From positions 1,760,001 through 1,824,000 of the forward strand of contig OZ242320.1 in NCBI GenBank assembly GCA_965208125.1: DNA of 64,000 nt. The letters run 5' to 3'. This document shows positions 1 to 9,338 of this stretch, one piece after another (the stretch's first letter is position 1; every line of letters starts with the position of its first letter). Source of the stretch: Candidatus Latescibacterota bacterium. GTDB lineage: Bacteria; Latescibacterota; UBA2968. The position numbers and the translations under genes were made by a program. The notes below the pieces were generated by a model. That model made no database searches and was not told where the DNA came from. It saw only the letters and a list, made by a program, of their open reading frames with translations.

Positions 1-2
1 TG

Positions 3-3000
3 GACATCACAGTAACAGTTACAGCCGAAGATGGCGTCACCCAATTGACCTACACCATCACAGTCAACCGGGCGCCAGCAGGACTTCCACAGGTGACAAT
101 CAACGCGAAATCCACAAGCATCACCGAAGGCGCAACTGCCACATTCACAATCACAGCAAACCAGCCATCGGTAACCGACCTGACCGTGAACGTAAACGTA
201 ACCGAAACCGCCAAAATGCTCAGTGGCACACCGCCCTCAACAGTCACCATCAGCGCCGGCCACACCACCGCCACCCTCACAGTAGCAACAGACGACGATG
301 GTGTAGATGAACACGCCAGCGCAATAACCGCGCAAGTGGAAACCGGAACAGGCTACACAGTAGGCGATCCATCCTCCGCCAGAGTACTCGTGTTGGACGA
401 CGAAGTGGTATTATCGACCAACGCAAAGCTGAGCAGCCTGACCATCAACCCCGGCACACTGAACCCGGCATTCGATCCCGGCACATACACCTACACCGCC
501 ACAATGCCGTACGCGACCACAACAGTAACAGTCACAGCAATACCCAATCACACAGACGCAACCGTCACCATCAACGGGCAGACCGCGACCACATCGAACG
601 TACCTTTTACCGGCGACACAATGGACATCACAGTAACAGTCACCGCCGAAGACAACACCACACAGTTGACATACACCATCACAGTCAACCGCGGTGCCCC
701 ATCGACCGACGCAACCCTGAGCGACCTGACAATCAACCCCGGCACACTGAACCCGGCATTCGATCCGACAACATTGGACTACACCGTCTCAGTGGAAAAC
801 GGGGTCTCGACAATAACGATTACAGCCACAGCCAATAACCCGGGTGCGACCATAACCATCAACGGGCAGACCGCGACCACATTGGACGTATCACTTGTAG
901 AAGGCACAAACACCATCACAGTAATAGTCACAGCCGAAGACAACACCACGCAATTGACATACACCATCACAGTCAACCGCGCAGCGCCGGTCCCACAGGT
1001 GACCATCTCGGCAGGGACCTCACCCATCACTGAAGGCACGGATGCGACCTTCACAATCACAGCGACTCCTGCACCCACAACAGCACTGACCGTGACCGTG
1101 AACATCACCGAAACCGGCAATGTCCTCAGCGGCACACCGCCCTCGGCCATTACCATCGACGCCGACAATACCACCGCCACCCTGACAGTCGCAACAGACG
1201 ACGACAATGTAGATGAAGAAGCCAGCGCAATAACCGCGACACTACAAGCTGGAACAGACTACACAGTGGGCACACCATCCTCGGCAACCGTCACCGTCAA
1301 CGACAACGACGCTGCGCCCAACTCACCAGCCACAGGTGCCCCAACAATCAGCGGCACACCTGAAGTGGGCGAAACACTAACAGCGGACGTCTCGAACATC
1401 CGGGATGCCGATGGCCTCGAAAACGTCACCTATATCTACCAGTGGATCCGCGTAATCGGCGGTGTGGAAACCGAAATCTCAGGAGCCACAAGCACGACAT
1501 ACGTAGTCGCAACAGCCGATATCGGTTCCCGGATAAAAGTCCGGGTAAACTTCACCGATGATGCGGGCAACGCCGAAGAACTGGAAAGCGAATTGACAGC
1601 AGTTGTGCCTGCACCAGTCGTAACACCCGTCGTGACAATCTCGGCAAATGTCACAAGCATCACCGAAGGCGCGGCTGCCACATTCACAATCACAGCAACC
1701 CCTGCATCCACAACAGCAATAACCGTAAACGTAAGCGTGACAGAGACCGGCAACGTCATCAGCGGCACACCGCCCGCGACCATCACCATCAGCGCCAACC
1801 AGACCACCCTGACAGTCGCAACAGAAGACGACAATACAGATGAAGAAGCCAGCGCGATAACCGCGCAAGTACAAACCGGAACAGGTTATACAGTGGGCGA
1901 CCCATCCTCGGCGAGCGTCACCGTCAACGACAACGACATCCCCCCGAACTCCCCAGCCACGGGCGTCCCAACAATCAGCGGCACACCTGAAGTGGGCCAC
2001 ACACTAACCGCGGATGTCTCTAACATCCAGGATGTAAATGGCCTCACCAACGTGTCATACACCTATCAATGGATCCGTCTGGTAGGCAGTGTGGAGACCG
2101 AGATCATCGGAGCCACGGGTGTGACATACCAGGTCACAATAACCGACACAGATCGCCAGCTAAAAGTTCGGGTCAACTTCACCGACGACTTGGGCTATGA
2201 CGAAGGATTGGAAAGCGCATGGACAATTGTTATTACACCAGAGGAACCTCGCGTGGTAAAACTGGACGGATGGCTGGCGCGATTTGGGCGAACCGCATCG
2301 AATCACGTAGTCGAAACAGTGCGCGAACGCGTGAGGGGGCACGTGGGCACCAACCATGTGGTAATCGGCGGGTACAACCTGAATGAGATGAATTATAACG
2401 GCCTATTTTTCAACCCGACATGGATGACGGGCGATTCCCCAATGAGATTTAGCATTGAGGCCGCGCAGAGTGCTCACGACAAAGAGATATTGAAGCAAAT
2501 CATATCGAGTACATCATTTGCCCTGTCTGGCACAATGGGACCATATAGCGAACCTCGATGGGCAGTGTGGGGCCGGGGCGCAACAACGCGCTTTAGCGGC
2601 ACCGACGACGATCAGACAGTAGAAGGCGACGTAACATCGGTCATGCTGGGCATCGACTATGGAGATAACAGTTTCCAGGGCGGGCTTGTCCTATCCTACA
2701 CCATGGGCGATGGCATACTGGGCACCATCGCCAATACCCGCGACGAATGGTCAGTAGAGACAACGCTGACGGGTATTTATCCCTGGGCGCGCCTCGCATT
2801 GACAAACCGGTTCTCTGTATGGGGAATGCTGGGCTATGGCGGAGGCGATCTGCCCCTATCACTCGAAGGCATCAAAAAATTAGAAACAGACGCAAACATG
2901 GTAATGGGAGCCATTGGTACCCGCACCGACTTAATCGGATCGACCTGGCATGACGGATTCTCATTATCACTGGCATCAGATGCGATGCTATCGCGCGCAA

Positions 3001-3713
3001 ATGCGGATGATCTGAGGGATCTGTTGGAAAACAAGGGCACTGCGAGCCGCGTACGCGTATTATTAGAAGGATCACACGTACTCTGGGTCGCCGGGGGATC
3101 ACTGCAACCATTGGCCGAGGTGGGAATGCGGTATGATGGCGGCGATGCAGACACAGGCATGGGGATAGAAATTGGTGCCGGAATGCGCTATGTACTGACC
3201 TCGCTGGGCCTGATGATTGAAGGTCGGGTACGCGGCCTCATAGCACACCAGGAAGGCAGTTATGAAGAATGGGGCGGTTCGGGCACAATCCGCCTGTCTC
3301 CAAATCCATCAGGCGAAGGACTATCGCTTCGGGTATCGCCAACATGGGGCAACGCATCTGGCAGCGCGCGTGCCCTGTGGTCAAGACCCGACATGAGCGA
3401 CATCGCATCTGGTCGCAACTCGGAAGTCTTCGCATCTAACCGCGTATCCACCGAAGTAGCTTATGGCGTGCCGCTGAGCGATAAATTAGTTGCAACCCCA
3501 TTTGTCGGACTACAAGACAGGCACAAACGGCTCGGCCTCGGCTTGCACAGAGGTTCGTTGTTCGGCCTCGCAGTCGAAGGCATGCAACACAACCAGGACC
3601 TTGCCCTGCGGGTTCGCGCGGGCATGCACACGCACAACTTCATCCTCCGCCTTGAAGGCAGCCTCGATAAATATGGTCACCACGCCTACTTCAGGCTACA
3701 CCACGATATGTGA
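3..3713 (+). CDS. Large Thr-rich surface adhesin/autotransporter with repeated cadherin-like beta-sandwich and Calx-beta-like modules and a C-terminal beta-barrel; 5' end lies outside the window
   Basis: The frame is open from base 3. Repeated units LSDLTINPGTLNPAFDP..VTAEDNTTQLTYTITVNR and ITEG..ATFTITA..YTVG.PSSA.V.VNDND. WLARFGRT and WAVWGRG precede an amphipathic barrel region. Confidence 0.85.
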   Translation, partial: DITVTVTAEDGVTQLTYTITVNRAPAGLPQVTINAKSTSITEGATATFTITANQPSVTDLTVNVNVTETAKMLSGTPPSTVTISAGHTTATLTVATDDDGVDEHASAITAQVETGTGYTVGDPSSARVLVLDDEVVLSTNAKLSSLTINPGTLNPAFDPGTYTYTATMPYATTTVTVTAIPNHTDATVTINGQTATTSNVPFTGDTMDITVTVTAEDNTTQLTYTITVNRGAPSTDATLSDLTINPGTLNPAFDPTTLDYTVSVENGVSTITITATANNPGATITINGQTATTLDVSLVEGTNTITVIVTAEDNTTQLTYTITVNRAAPVPQVTISAGTSPITEGTDATFTITATPAPTTALTVTVNITETGNVLSGTPPSAITIDADNTTATLTVATDDDNVDEEASAITATLQAGTDYTVGTPSSATVTVNDNDAAPNSPATGAPTISGTPEVGETLTADVSNIRDADGLENVTYIYQWIRVIGGVETEISGATSTTYVVATADIGSRIKVRVNFTDDAGNAEELESELTAVVPAPVVTPVVTISANVTSITEGAAATFTITATPASTTAITVNVSVTETGNVISGTPPATITISANQTTLTVATEDDNTDEEASAITAQVQTGTGYTVGDPSSASVTVNDNDIPPNSPATGVPTISGTPEVGHTLTADVSNIQDVNGLTNVSYTYQWIRLVGSVETEIIGATGVTYQVTITDTDRQLKVRVNFTDDLGYDEGLESAWTIVITPEEPRVVKLDGWLARFGRTASNHVVETVRERVRGHVGTNHVVIGGYNLNEMNYNGLFFNPTWMTGDSPMRFSIEAAQSAHDKEILKQIISSTSFALSGTMGPYSEPRWAVWGRGATTRFSGTDDDQTVEGDVTSVMLGIDYGDNSFQGGLVLSYTMGDGILGTIANTRDEWSVETTLTGIYPWARLALTNRFSVWGMLGYGGGDLPLSLEGIKKLETDANMVMGAIGTRTDLIGSTWHDGFSLSLASDAMLSRANADDLRDLLENKGTASRVRVLLEGSHVLWVAGGSLQPLAEVGMRYDGGDADTGMGIEIGAGMRYVLTSLGLMIEGRVRGLIAHQEGSYEEWGGSGTIRLSPNPSGEGLSLRVSPTWGNASGSARALWSRPDMSDIASGRNSEVFASNRVSTEVAYGVPLSDKLVATPFVGLQDRHKRLGLGLHRGSLFGLAVEGMQHNQDLALRVRAGMHTHNFILRLEGSLDKYGHHAYFRLHHDM

Positions 3714-3731
3714 TTCCCAGCCCCTTTTTCC

Positions 3732-4724
3732 ATGACCCTCAAAACCCTGAACCACACCCTCTCCAAATTCCGCAACCTCGCCCTCCTCGTTATCGGCGAC
3801 TACTTCCTCGACCGCTATCTCATCACGGACCCCGACCTCGCCGAAACATCCATCGAAACCGGCCTTGAAGCGCGCCAAATCGTCGCCATTCGCAACCAGC
3901 CCGGCGCAGCCGGCACCATCACCTCCAACCTCTGCGCCCTCGGCATTGGACACATTTATGCCCTGGGCATAATCGGTCGCGACGGTCAGGGCTATGACCT
4001 CAAACAGGGACTGCGCGCCACGGGTGTAGATATCACCCACCTCATCGAAACACCCGACCGCTTTACCCCGACTTATACCAAACCCATAAACAAAAAAACA
4101 GGCGCTGAAATGGAACGCCTGGACATAAAAAATCGAACGCCTTTACCCCTCGACCTCGAAAACCAACTCATTAAAACCCTGCGCCATCTCCTCCCCAAAG
4201 TAGATGGCGTCATCGCCCTCGACCAGGTGCAAGAAGCCAACTGCGGCGTACTCACAGATCGCGTCGTCGCCGAACTCGCAAGCCTCTCCAAAACCCATCC
4301 CAACACCATCTGCTTTGCCGACTCCCGCACCCGCATCACCAACTTCAAAAACGTCATACTCAAAGCCAACCGCGACGAAGCCATACACGCCACGGGAGAA
4401 CGCGACCTCAACCAATGTGCCCGCATCTTTTCCCAGCGCACCGGCAAACCCGTCTTCATCACCCTTGGACCCGACGGCATTCTCGTTGCCAACAACGAAA
4501 ACCTCATGCATATTCCCGGTATAAAAGTTCCATCCCCCATCGACATCGTGGGCGCAGGTGACAGCGTCTCGGCATCTGTGGTCTCCGCCCTTTGTGCTGG
4601 CGCATCACTATCCGACGCCGCCCAAATCGGCGTATTGGCCTCATCCATCACCATACAACAAATCGGCACAACCGGCACAGCCTCGCCCGAACAAATCGTA
4701 AAAACAGCCCGACGCGAACTATAG
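3732..4724 (+). CDS. PfkB-family carbohydrate kinase (RfaE/HldE kinase-domain-like)
   Basis: LVIGDYFLDRY, PGAAG and the ribokinase motif DIVGAGD. Confidence 0.85.
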   Translation: MTLKTLNHTLSKFRNLALLVIGDYFLDRYLITDPDLAETSIETGLEARQIVAIRNQPGAAGTITSNLCALGIGHIYALGIIGRDGQGYDLKQGLRATGVDITHLIETPDRFTPTYTKPINKKTGAEMERLDIKNRTPLPLDLENQLIKTLRHLLPKVDGVIALDQVQEANCGVLTDRVVAELASLSKTHPNTICFADSRTRITNFKNVILKANRDEAIHATGERDLNQCARIFSQRTGKPVFITLGPDGILVANNENLMHIPGIKVPSPIDIVGAGDSVSASVVSALCAGASLSDAAQIGVLASSITIQQIGTTGTASPEQIVKTARREL

Positions 4725-4900
4725 ATTCTAGTGACTACTCCCAACGATAGAGCAGTTGGGCTTCTTGGCGGTCAATCCGCCTGACGTTGTAGCCCCAACG
4801 TCAATATGTTTATCGCAGCATTGTGGTCTCTGTCCGTCTTATAGCCACATGCCTTGCAATGATGCACACGCTGAGACAATGCTTTCTTTTCTCTATGTCC
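4711..4900 (-). ncRNA. Predicted TnpB omega/reRNA: scaffold from the tnpB 3' end and right end, guide from flank 4730-4711
   Basis: Follows the established TnpB architecture and the right-end hairpin is visible. The 5' boundary is approximate. Confidence 0.55.
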
Positions 4901-5896
4901 ACATGCTGAGCAATCTTGTGACGTATAGTCAGGATCAACGGCCTTGAATCCAATACCAGCTTCTTCCGCTTTGTATTCGAGACAGTGCCGAAACAGTGAC
5001 CACGCTACGTCTGATATTGATTTAGCCAATCGTCTGTTCTTTTGCATCTCTTTAACGTCCAGTTTCTCTACGGCAATGAAACTGTGACGATTGACCATTT
5101 TTCTTGATTCTTGATGAGCAAAGTTGTGACGCTTATTACGGATACGCTCATGCACTTTGGCAATGACTTTACGACGCTTTTCTCTTACCGCGTCGGTCTT
5201 GGGTCTTTTTTTCACTTTGTCCCATTTGCGCTGTGCTTTGGCAAGAGACTTTTCCTCTTTGCGAAAGAAACGTTGATTCTCTATTTTCTCGCTGTCACTG
5301 GTCACAGCAAAGGACGTAAGACCCACGTCAATGCCAACAGCAGAGTTAGTGTTTGGTTTCTTATCTTTTTCGCCAATATCGCAAGAGATAGATACAAACC
5401 ATTTGCCTGTTGCTGTGCGTGTGATTGTGCAAGACTTAGGGATACCTAAGAGTGACCTGTGCTGGACAATGCGAATGCAACCAATACTGCCCAATCGCAA
5501 GCCCTTGTTGTCCAATCGACATCCATTGGCAAACTGAGGATAGGTGATAGAATCATAGCGATTCTCATTCTTGTATCTGGGAAAGCCCGCTTTCTCGCCA
5601 GTCTTTGACTTCTCTTTGAGACGCCGAAAGAATGCTTTGAATGCTAAATCCACCCTTGCCGATACTTGTTGCAATACCTGACTATATACTTGCTTGAAAG
5701 CGGCGTGTTGCTGTTTCAACAATGGTATTGTTTTAGTCTGGTCATATTGAGAGAGAGACTTATTCTCATTCTTCCATGCTTGTATTCTGGCACAGAGTAG
5801 TTGATTGTAGAGAATGCGGCATTCGTCAATATGCGCCAGCAAGATTTGTTCTTGTTTTTTGGTCGGACGCAATCTGTATTTAAATGACTTAACCAT
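4772..5896 (-). CDS. tnpB: RNA-guided endonuclease TnpB
   Basis: N-terminal KSFKYRLRPT, RuvC-I GIDVGL, RuvC-II AVEKL, Zn ribbon CSAC/CKAC, RuvC-III DRDHNAAINI. The catalytic D/E/D residues are intact. Confidence 0.95.
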   Translation of the reverse strand: MVKSFKYRLRPTKKQEQILLAHIDECRILYNQLLCARIQAWKNENKSLSQYDQTKTIPLLKQQHAAFKQVYSQVLQQVSARVDLAFKAFFRRLKEKSKTGEKAGFPRYKNENRYDSITYPQFANGCRLDNKGLRLGSIGCIRIVQHRSLLGIPKSCTITRTATGKWFVSISCDIGEKDKKPNTNSAVGIDVGLTSFAVTSDSEKIENQRFFRKEEKSLAKAQRKWDKVKKRPKTDAVREKRRKVIAKVHERIRNKRHNFAHQESRKMVNRHSFIAVEKLDVKEMQKNRRLAKSISDVAWSLFRHCLEYKAEEAGIGFKAVDPDYTSQDCSACGHREKKALSQRVHHCKACGYKTDRDHNAAINILTLGLQRQAD

Positions 5897-5902
5897 AATA
5901 AA

Positions 5903-5931
5903 AATATATAGTTATGTATTGTTTTTGTCAA
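5903..5931 (-). promoter_or_regulatory. Sigma70-type promoter for tnpB, probably giving a leaderless mRNA
   Basis: TTGACA-17 bp-TATATT, with the ATG 6 nt downstream and no SD. Confidence 0.6.
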
Positions 5932-6128
5932 GTGTAATATGGAATGAGTTTTGTTGATGAAGTGCTGGCGCACTTGTACACCGCTCTACCGCCACCGATA
6001 GTCCCTTGAGGACTATCCCATAGGCTAAAGCCGCCCCATAAATTCTATGCGCTTCGCCGCGACCCAACGCTAAAGCTCTCTGCGAGTGGGTTTTACGCGC
6101 ATTTCTAATAAAGGATGGAGTCCTATCC

Positions 6129-7085
6129 ATGAACCGCATTATTTCTCTTCTACCCAGCAGCACCGAAATCATCTGTGCCATCGGTGGTGGCGAACACCTT
6201 GTCGGCCGTTCCCACGAATGCGATTACCCGCCCATCGTCGCCAACTTGCCCATCTGCACAGCCCCCAAATTCGACCCGGACGGCACCTCGTATCAAATTG
6301 ACCAGCGGGTCAAAGCCATCTTACAAGAAGCCACCTCGGTATATCGGGTAGATGCCGACCAGCTCGACGAATTGGCACCGGATTTGTTGGTAACACAATC
6401 GCAGTGCGACGTCTGCGCCGTCAGCCTCAAAGACGTCCAGGAAGCAGCCTGCCAATTGGTGCATTCTCAGCCAACCATTCTATCACTGGAACCCAACGCC
6501 CTAACCGATGTCTGGCGCGACATTGAACGGGTGGGAACTGCTCTTGGAATGGAAGATAATAGTGGTACTCTCGTGACTCAACTAAAGAATCGACTACACA
6601 AAATTGCAACCCGCGTCCGCGAGATCGACTACCGTCCACGCGTGGCCTGCATTGAGTGGTTCGAACCGCTCATGGCTGCGGGCAATTGGATCCCCGAACT
6701 GGTGGAAATCTCCGGTGGTCAAAACCTCTTTACCTCGTCAGGAGATCATTCTCCCTATCTATCGTGGGAGGCCATAGAGGAAGCCCAGCCGGATATCATC
6801 ATCCTGATGCCCTGCGGTTTTACTATGCCCCGTTCGCGAAACGAATTGCCATCTCTCACCCAACAGCCGGCGTGGTCCCGGCTACGAGCCGTACAGCAGG
6901 AGCAGGTATTCCTCACCGATGGCAACCAATTTTTCAACCGTCCGGGACCGCGCCTGGTGGAATCGGCTGAAATCCTCGCCGAGATTTTCCATCCCCAGTA
7001 CTTTGGTTGTACACACGAACACATAGGATGGGAGCGATGGAAAACGGATAAAAGCATCTCGCCTGAAAGGAACCCTCATGTCTGA
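6129..7085 (+). CDS. Cobalamin/siderophore-type periplasmic-binding-fold protein (BtuF-like, no obvious signal peptide)
   Basis: RIISLLPSSTEI, VGRSHECDYP, PDLLVTQ, FNRPGPRLVE. RBS AAGGATGGAG. Confidence 0.85.
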   Translation: MNRIISLLPSSTEIICAIGGGEHLVGRSHECDYPPIVANLPICTAPKFDPDGTSYQIDQRVKAILQEATSVYRVDADQLDELAPDLLVTQSQCDVCAVSLKDVQEAACQLVHSQPTILSLEPNALTDVWRDIERVGTALGMEDNSGTLVTQLKNRLHKIATRVREIDYRPRVACIEWFEPLMAAGNWIPELVEISGGQNLFTSSGDHSPYLSWEAIEEAQPDIIILMPCGFTMPRSRNELPSLTQQPAWSRLRAVQQEQVFLTDGNQFFNRPGPRLVESAEILAEIFHPQYFGCTHEHIGWERWKTDKSISPERNPHV

Positions 7086-8349
7086 CAAACCCAACTTCAT
7101 CGTATTCATGAGTGACGACCAGGGACACCGCGACCTCTCTTGCATGGGCGCGACCGACTTTCAAACCCCCAACTTTGACCGCATCGCATCTCGGGGTGCC
7201 AAACTCACCCGCTGGTATTCCAATGCCCCGATCTGCTCCGCCGGACGCTGCGGCATACTCACCGGGCGCTATCCCATTGCCGCGGGCATTCCCGGCAACG
7301 TAGGCGTAACTGCCGACGGCCTATCACCGGACTTGCCCACCATACCCAAAGCACTCAAAAAACTGGGCTATCAAACCTATATGTCGGGCAAATGGCACCT
7401 GGGCAACCGCGAACCCTTCTTGCCGCACAACCACGGCTTTGACCACTGGTTTGGCTTCACCAACGGCTGTATCGACTACTACTCGCACATCTTCTACTGG
7501 GCACTATCTTCGAAAAACCAGGCGCGGCACGACCTCTGGGAAGACGGTCGAGAAATATATCGCAACGGCACCTACTTCGTCGATCTCATGCGCGACAAAG
7601 CCATTGAATACATCCAAAAAGCCAAAAACGATGGCCGACCTTTCTTCATGTACATCCCCTTCAACACCCCACACTATCCCCTGCACGCCCCAGAAGAATA
7701 CATGGAACGCTATGCACATCTATCTCGCTCGCGACAACTCATGACCGCCATGCTCACCGTCATGGACGACGCCATCGGCAAAATCCTCGACGAACTCGAA
7801 CGACTGGACCTCTTTGACAACACCTGCATCTTCTTTCAACCCGATCACGGCCCCTCGCGCGAACCGCGCAACTGGACCGACGGCACAGACCTCCCCTATC
7901 CCGGCGGCGACACAGGTGGCCTGCGCGGACACAAAGGCACCCTCTGGGAAGGCGGCATTCGCGTCCCCACCCTCATGAGCTGGCCCGCGCGTGTACAGGG
8001 CGGAAAAACCATCGACGAAATCGGCATTGGCATGGACATCTTCCCCACCATCCTCACCGCCGCAGGCGGCGACCCCGAACAATACAACCTCGACGGCACG
8101 GACATCCTCCCAATGATCGCCGACAATGCCCCCTCACCGCACGGCGACCTCTTCTGGACACAAGGACCCAGAGGCAACACCCGTGTGATTCAACGCGACC
8201 GCTACAAACTCCTCCTCGACGGCAATGAAATACACCTCTCCAACCTCGACACCGATCCCAATGAAACCACCAACATCGCGGGCGACGAACCCGACCTGAC
8301 AAACGACCTCCTCACCCGCCTCAACGAATGGCACGCCTCTGTAACCTGA
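7078..8349 (+). CDS. Sulfatase (formylglycine-dependent)
   Basis: KPNFIVFMSDDQG, CSAGRCGILTGR (CxAxR variant), GKWHLG, GHKGTLWEGGIRVP. Confidence 0.9.
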   Translation: MSDKPNFIVFMSDDQGHRDLSCMGATDFQTPNFDRIASRGAKLTRWYSNAPICSAGRCGILTGRYPIAAGIPGNVGVTADGLSPDLPTIPKALKKLGYQTYMSGKWHLGNREPFLPHNHGFDHWFGFTNGCIDYYSHIFYWALSSKNQARHDLWEDGREIYRNGTYFVDLMRDKAIEYIQKAKNDGRPFFMYIPFNTPHYPLHAPEEYMERYAHLSRSRQLMTAMLTVMDDAIGKILDELERLDLFDNTCIFFQPDHGPSREPRNWTDGTDLPYPGGDTGGLRGHKGTLWEGGIRVPTLMSWPARVQGGKTIDEIGIGMDIFPTILTAAGGDPEQYNLDGTDILPMIADNAPSPHGDLFWTQGPRGNTRVIQRDRYKLLLDGNEIHLSNLDTDPNETTNIAGDEPDLTNDLLTRLNEWHASVT

Positions 8350-8352
8350 CCC

Positions 8353-9111
8353 TTACCCCCTACCCCCCTTCACACTCCACACCGAACCCGACGTATAAGT
8401 ATTGCGTTCAGAACACAAAAACTCAATCACCTCGGCCACCTCCTCCGGATCCGAATACCGCCCCATCGCCTGACCCGGAGGACTGGCAATATACTCGGGC
8501 GAAAACCTCGGCACTACCATATCCGTCAACGCCCGCCCCGGCTCCACGCCATTGACAAACACACCCTGTTTGCAATACGCATTGCCCAGCGCGCCGATAA
8601 ATGAATACACAGCCCCCTTCGACACCGAATACGGCACCTGATTTGGACTGCCATTTCGCGCACCTGAAGTAATCGTCACACAGCGCCCCCAACCCCCTGC
8701 GAGCATATGGGGAATTGCAGCCTGATGAAAATGATAAACCCCGTACACATTGATACGCATCACCTTATCAAACTGCGCCACAGGCTGCTCAAAAAACGGC
8801 TTCTCCCATCCCAAAATACCGGCACAACACACCAGAATATCCAATCTCCCAAAACGCGCAACCGCCTGTGCCACACACGCCTGAACAGCGGACTCATCCG
8901 TCACATCGGTCTCCACAAACAACGCCTCCTGCCCCAATGCCTCAATCTTTTCAACCATCTCCGCCCCCTCTCTTGCCAGAACATCGGCAATAACAACATC
9001 CCGCCCCTCCTCCGCAATCCGAACCGCCGTTGCCCCACCAATACCCCGCGCGCCCCCTGTAACAAGTGCAACCCGCCGTTCCTTTTCCGCTGCAAAACGC
9101 AAATTCGACAT
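8353..9111 (-). CDS. SDR-family oxidoreductase
   Basis: TGGARGIG, LDILVCCAG, YSVSK. Start placed at MSNLRF after an RBS GAGGAGGG. Confidence 0.9.
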   Translation of the reverse strand: MSNLRFAAEKERRVALVTGGARGIGGATAVRIAEEGRDVVIADVLAREGAEMVEKIEALGQEALFVETDVTDESAVQACVAQAVARFGRLDILVCCAGILGWEKPFFEQPVAQFDKVMRINVYGVYHFHQAAIPHMLAGGWGRCVTITSGARNGSPNQVPYSVSKGAVYSFIGALGNAYCKQGVFVNGVEPGRALTDMVVPRFSPEYIASPPGQAMGRYSDPEEVAEVIEFLCSERNTYTSGSVWSVKGGRG

Positions 9112-9287
9112 CTCACCCTCCTCGTATTCTATTGCCCATTGTCGTCTCATCGCGTAATATAACCCAATAAGATCAGAATCGGGAAAAGGATTTCCCTCCT
9201 ACAATACACCTGAGCGGCATCCCTGCCGCGATCAGAGGCAAACTCACAGGTATATTGACGGTCAAATTTGTTTTAGCTTTGTAGTCT

Positions 9288-9325
9288 TAATTTCTAATTC
9301 TTAATTTCTAATTTCTAATTCTTAA
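9288..9325. repeat. Heptamer tandem repeat TAATTTC/TAATTCT, about 5 copies
   Basis: Read directly. It lies just upstream of the RBS of the next gene. Confidence 0.8.
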
Positions 9326-9338
9326 CGGGAGCATATCC

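Larger units (their letters stand above)
4731..6107 (-). mobile_element. Non-autonomous IS200/IS605-family element (IS1341-like, tnpB only)
   Basis: Right end on the minus strand: CCCAAC-N9-GTTGGG hairpin, then AGTAGTCAC ending at 4731. Left end begins TAGAAATGCGCGTAAAACCCAC after TTTAT (6112-6108), with GCTAAAGC motifs inside. Removing the element restores a compact stop-RBS-ATG intergenic region. Confidence 0.75.

Noticed and set aside
5990-6095. Group I intron (IStron) core suggested by GCAGAGAG..GGATAGTCC on the minus strand
   Set aside because: The P7 pairing partner GACUA is missing at the R-like site, the region is short, and the element is intergenic.
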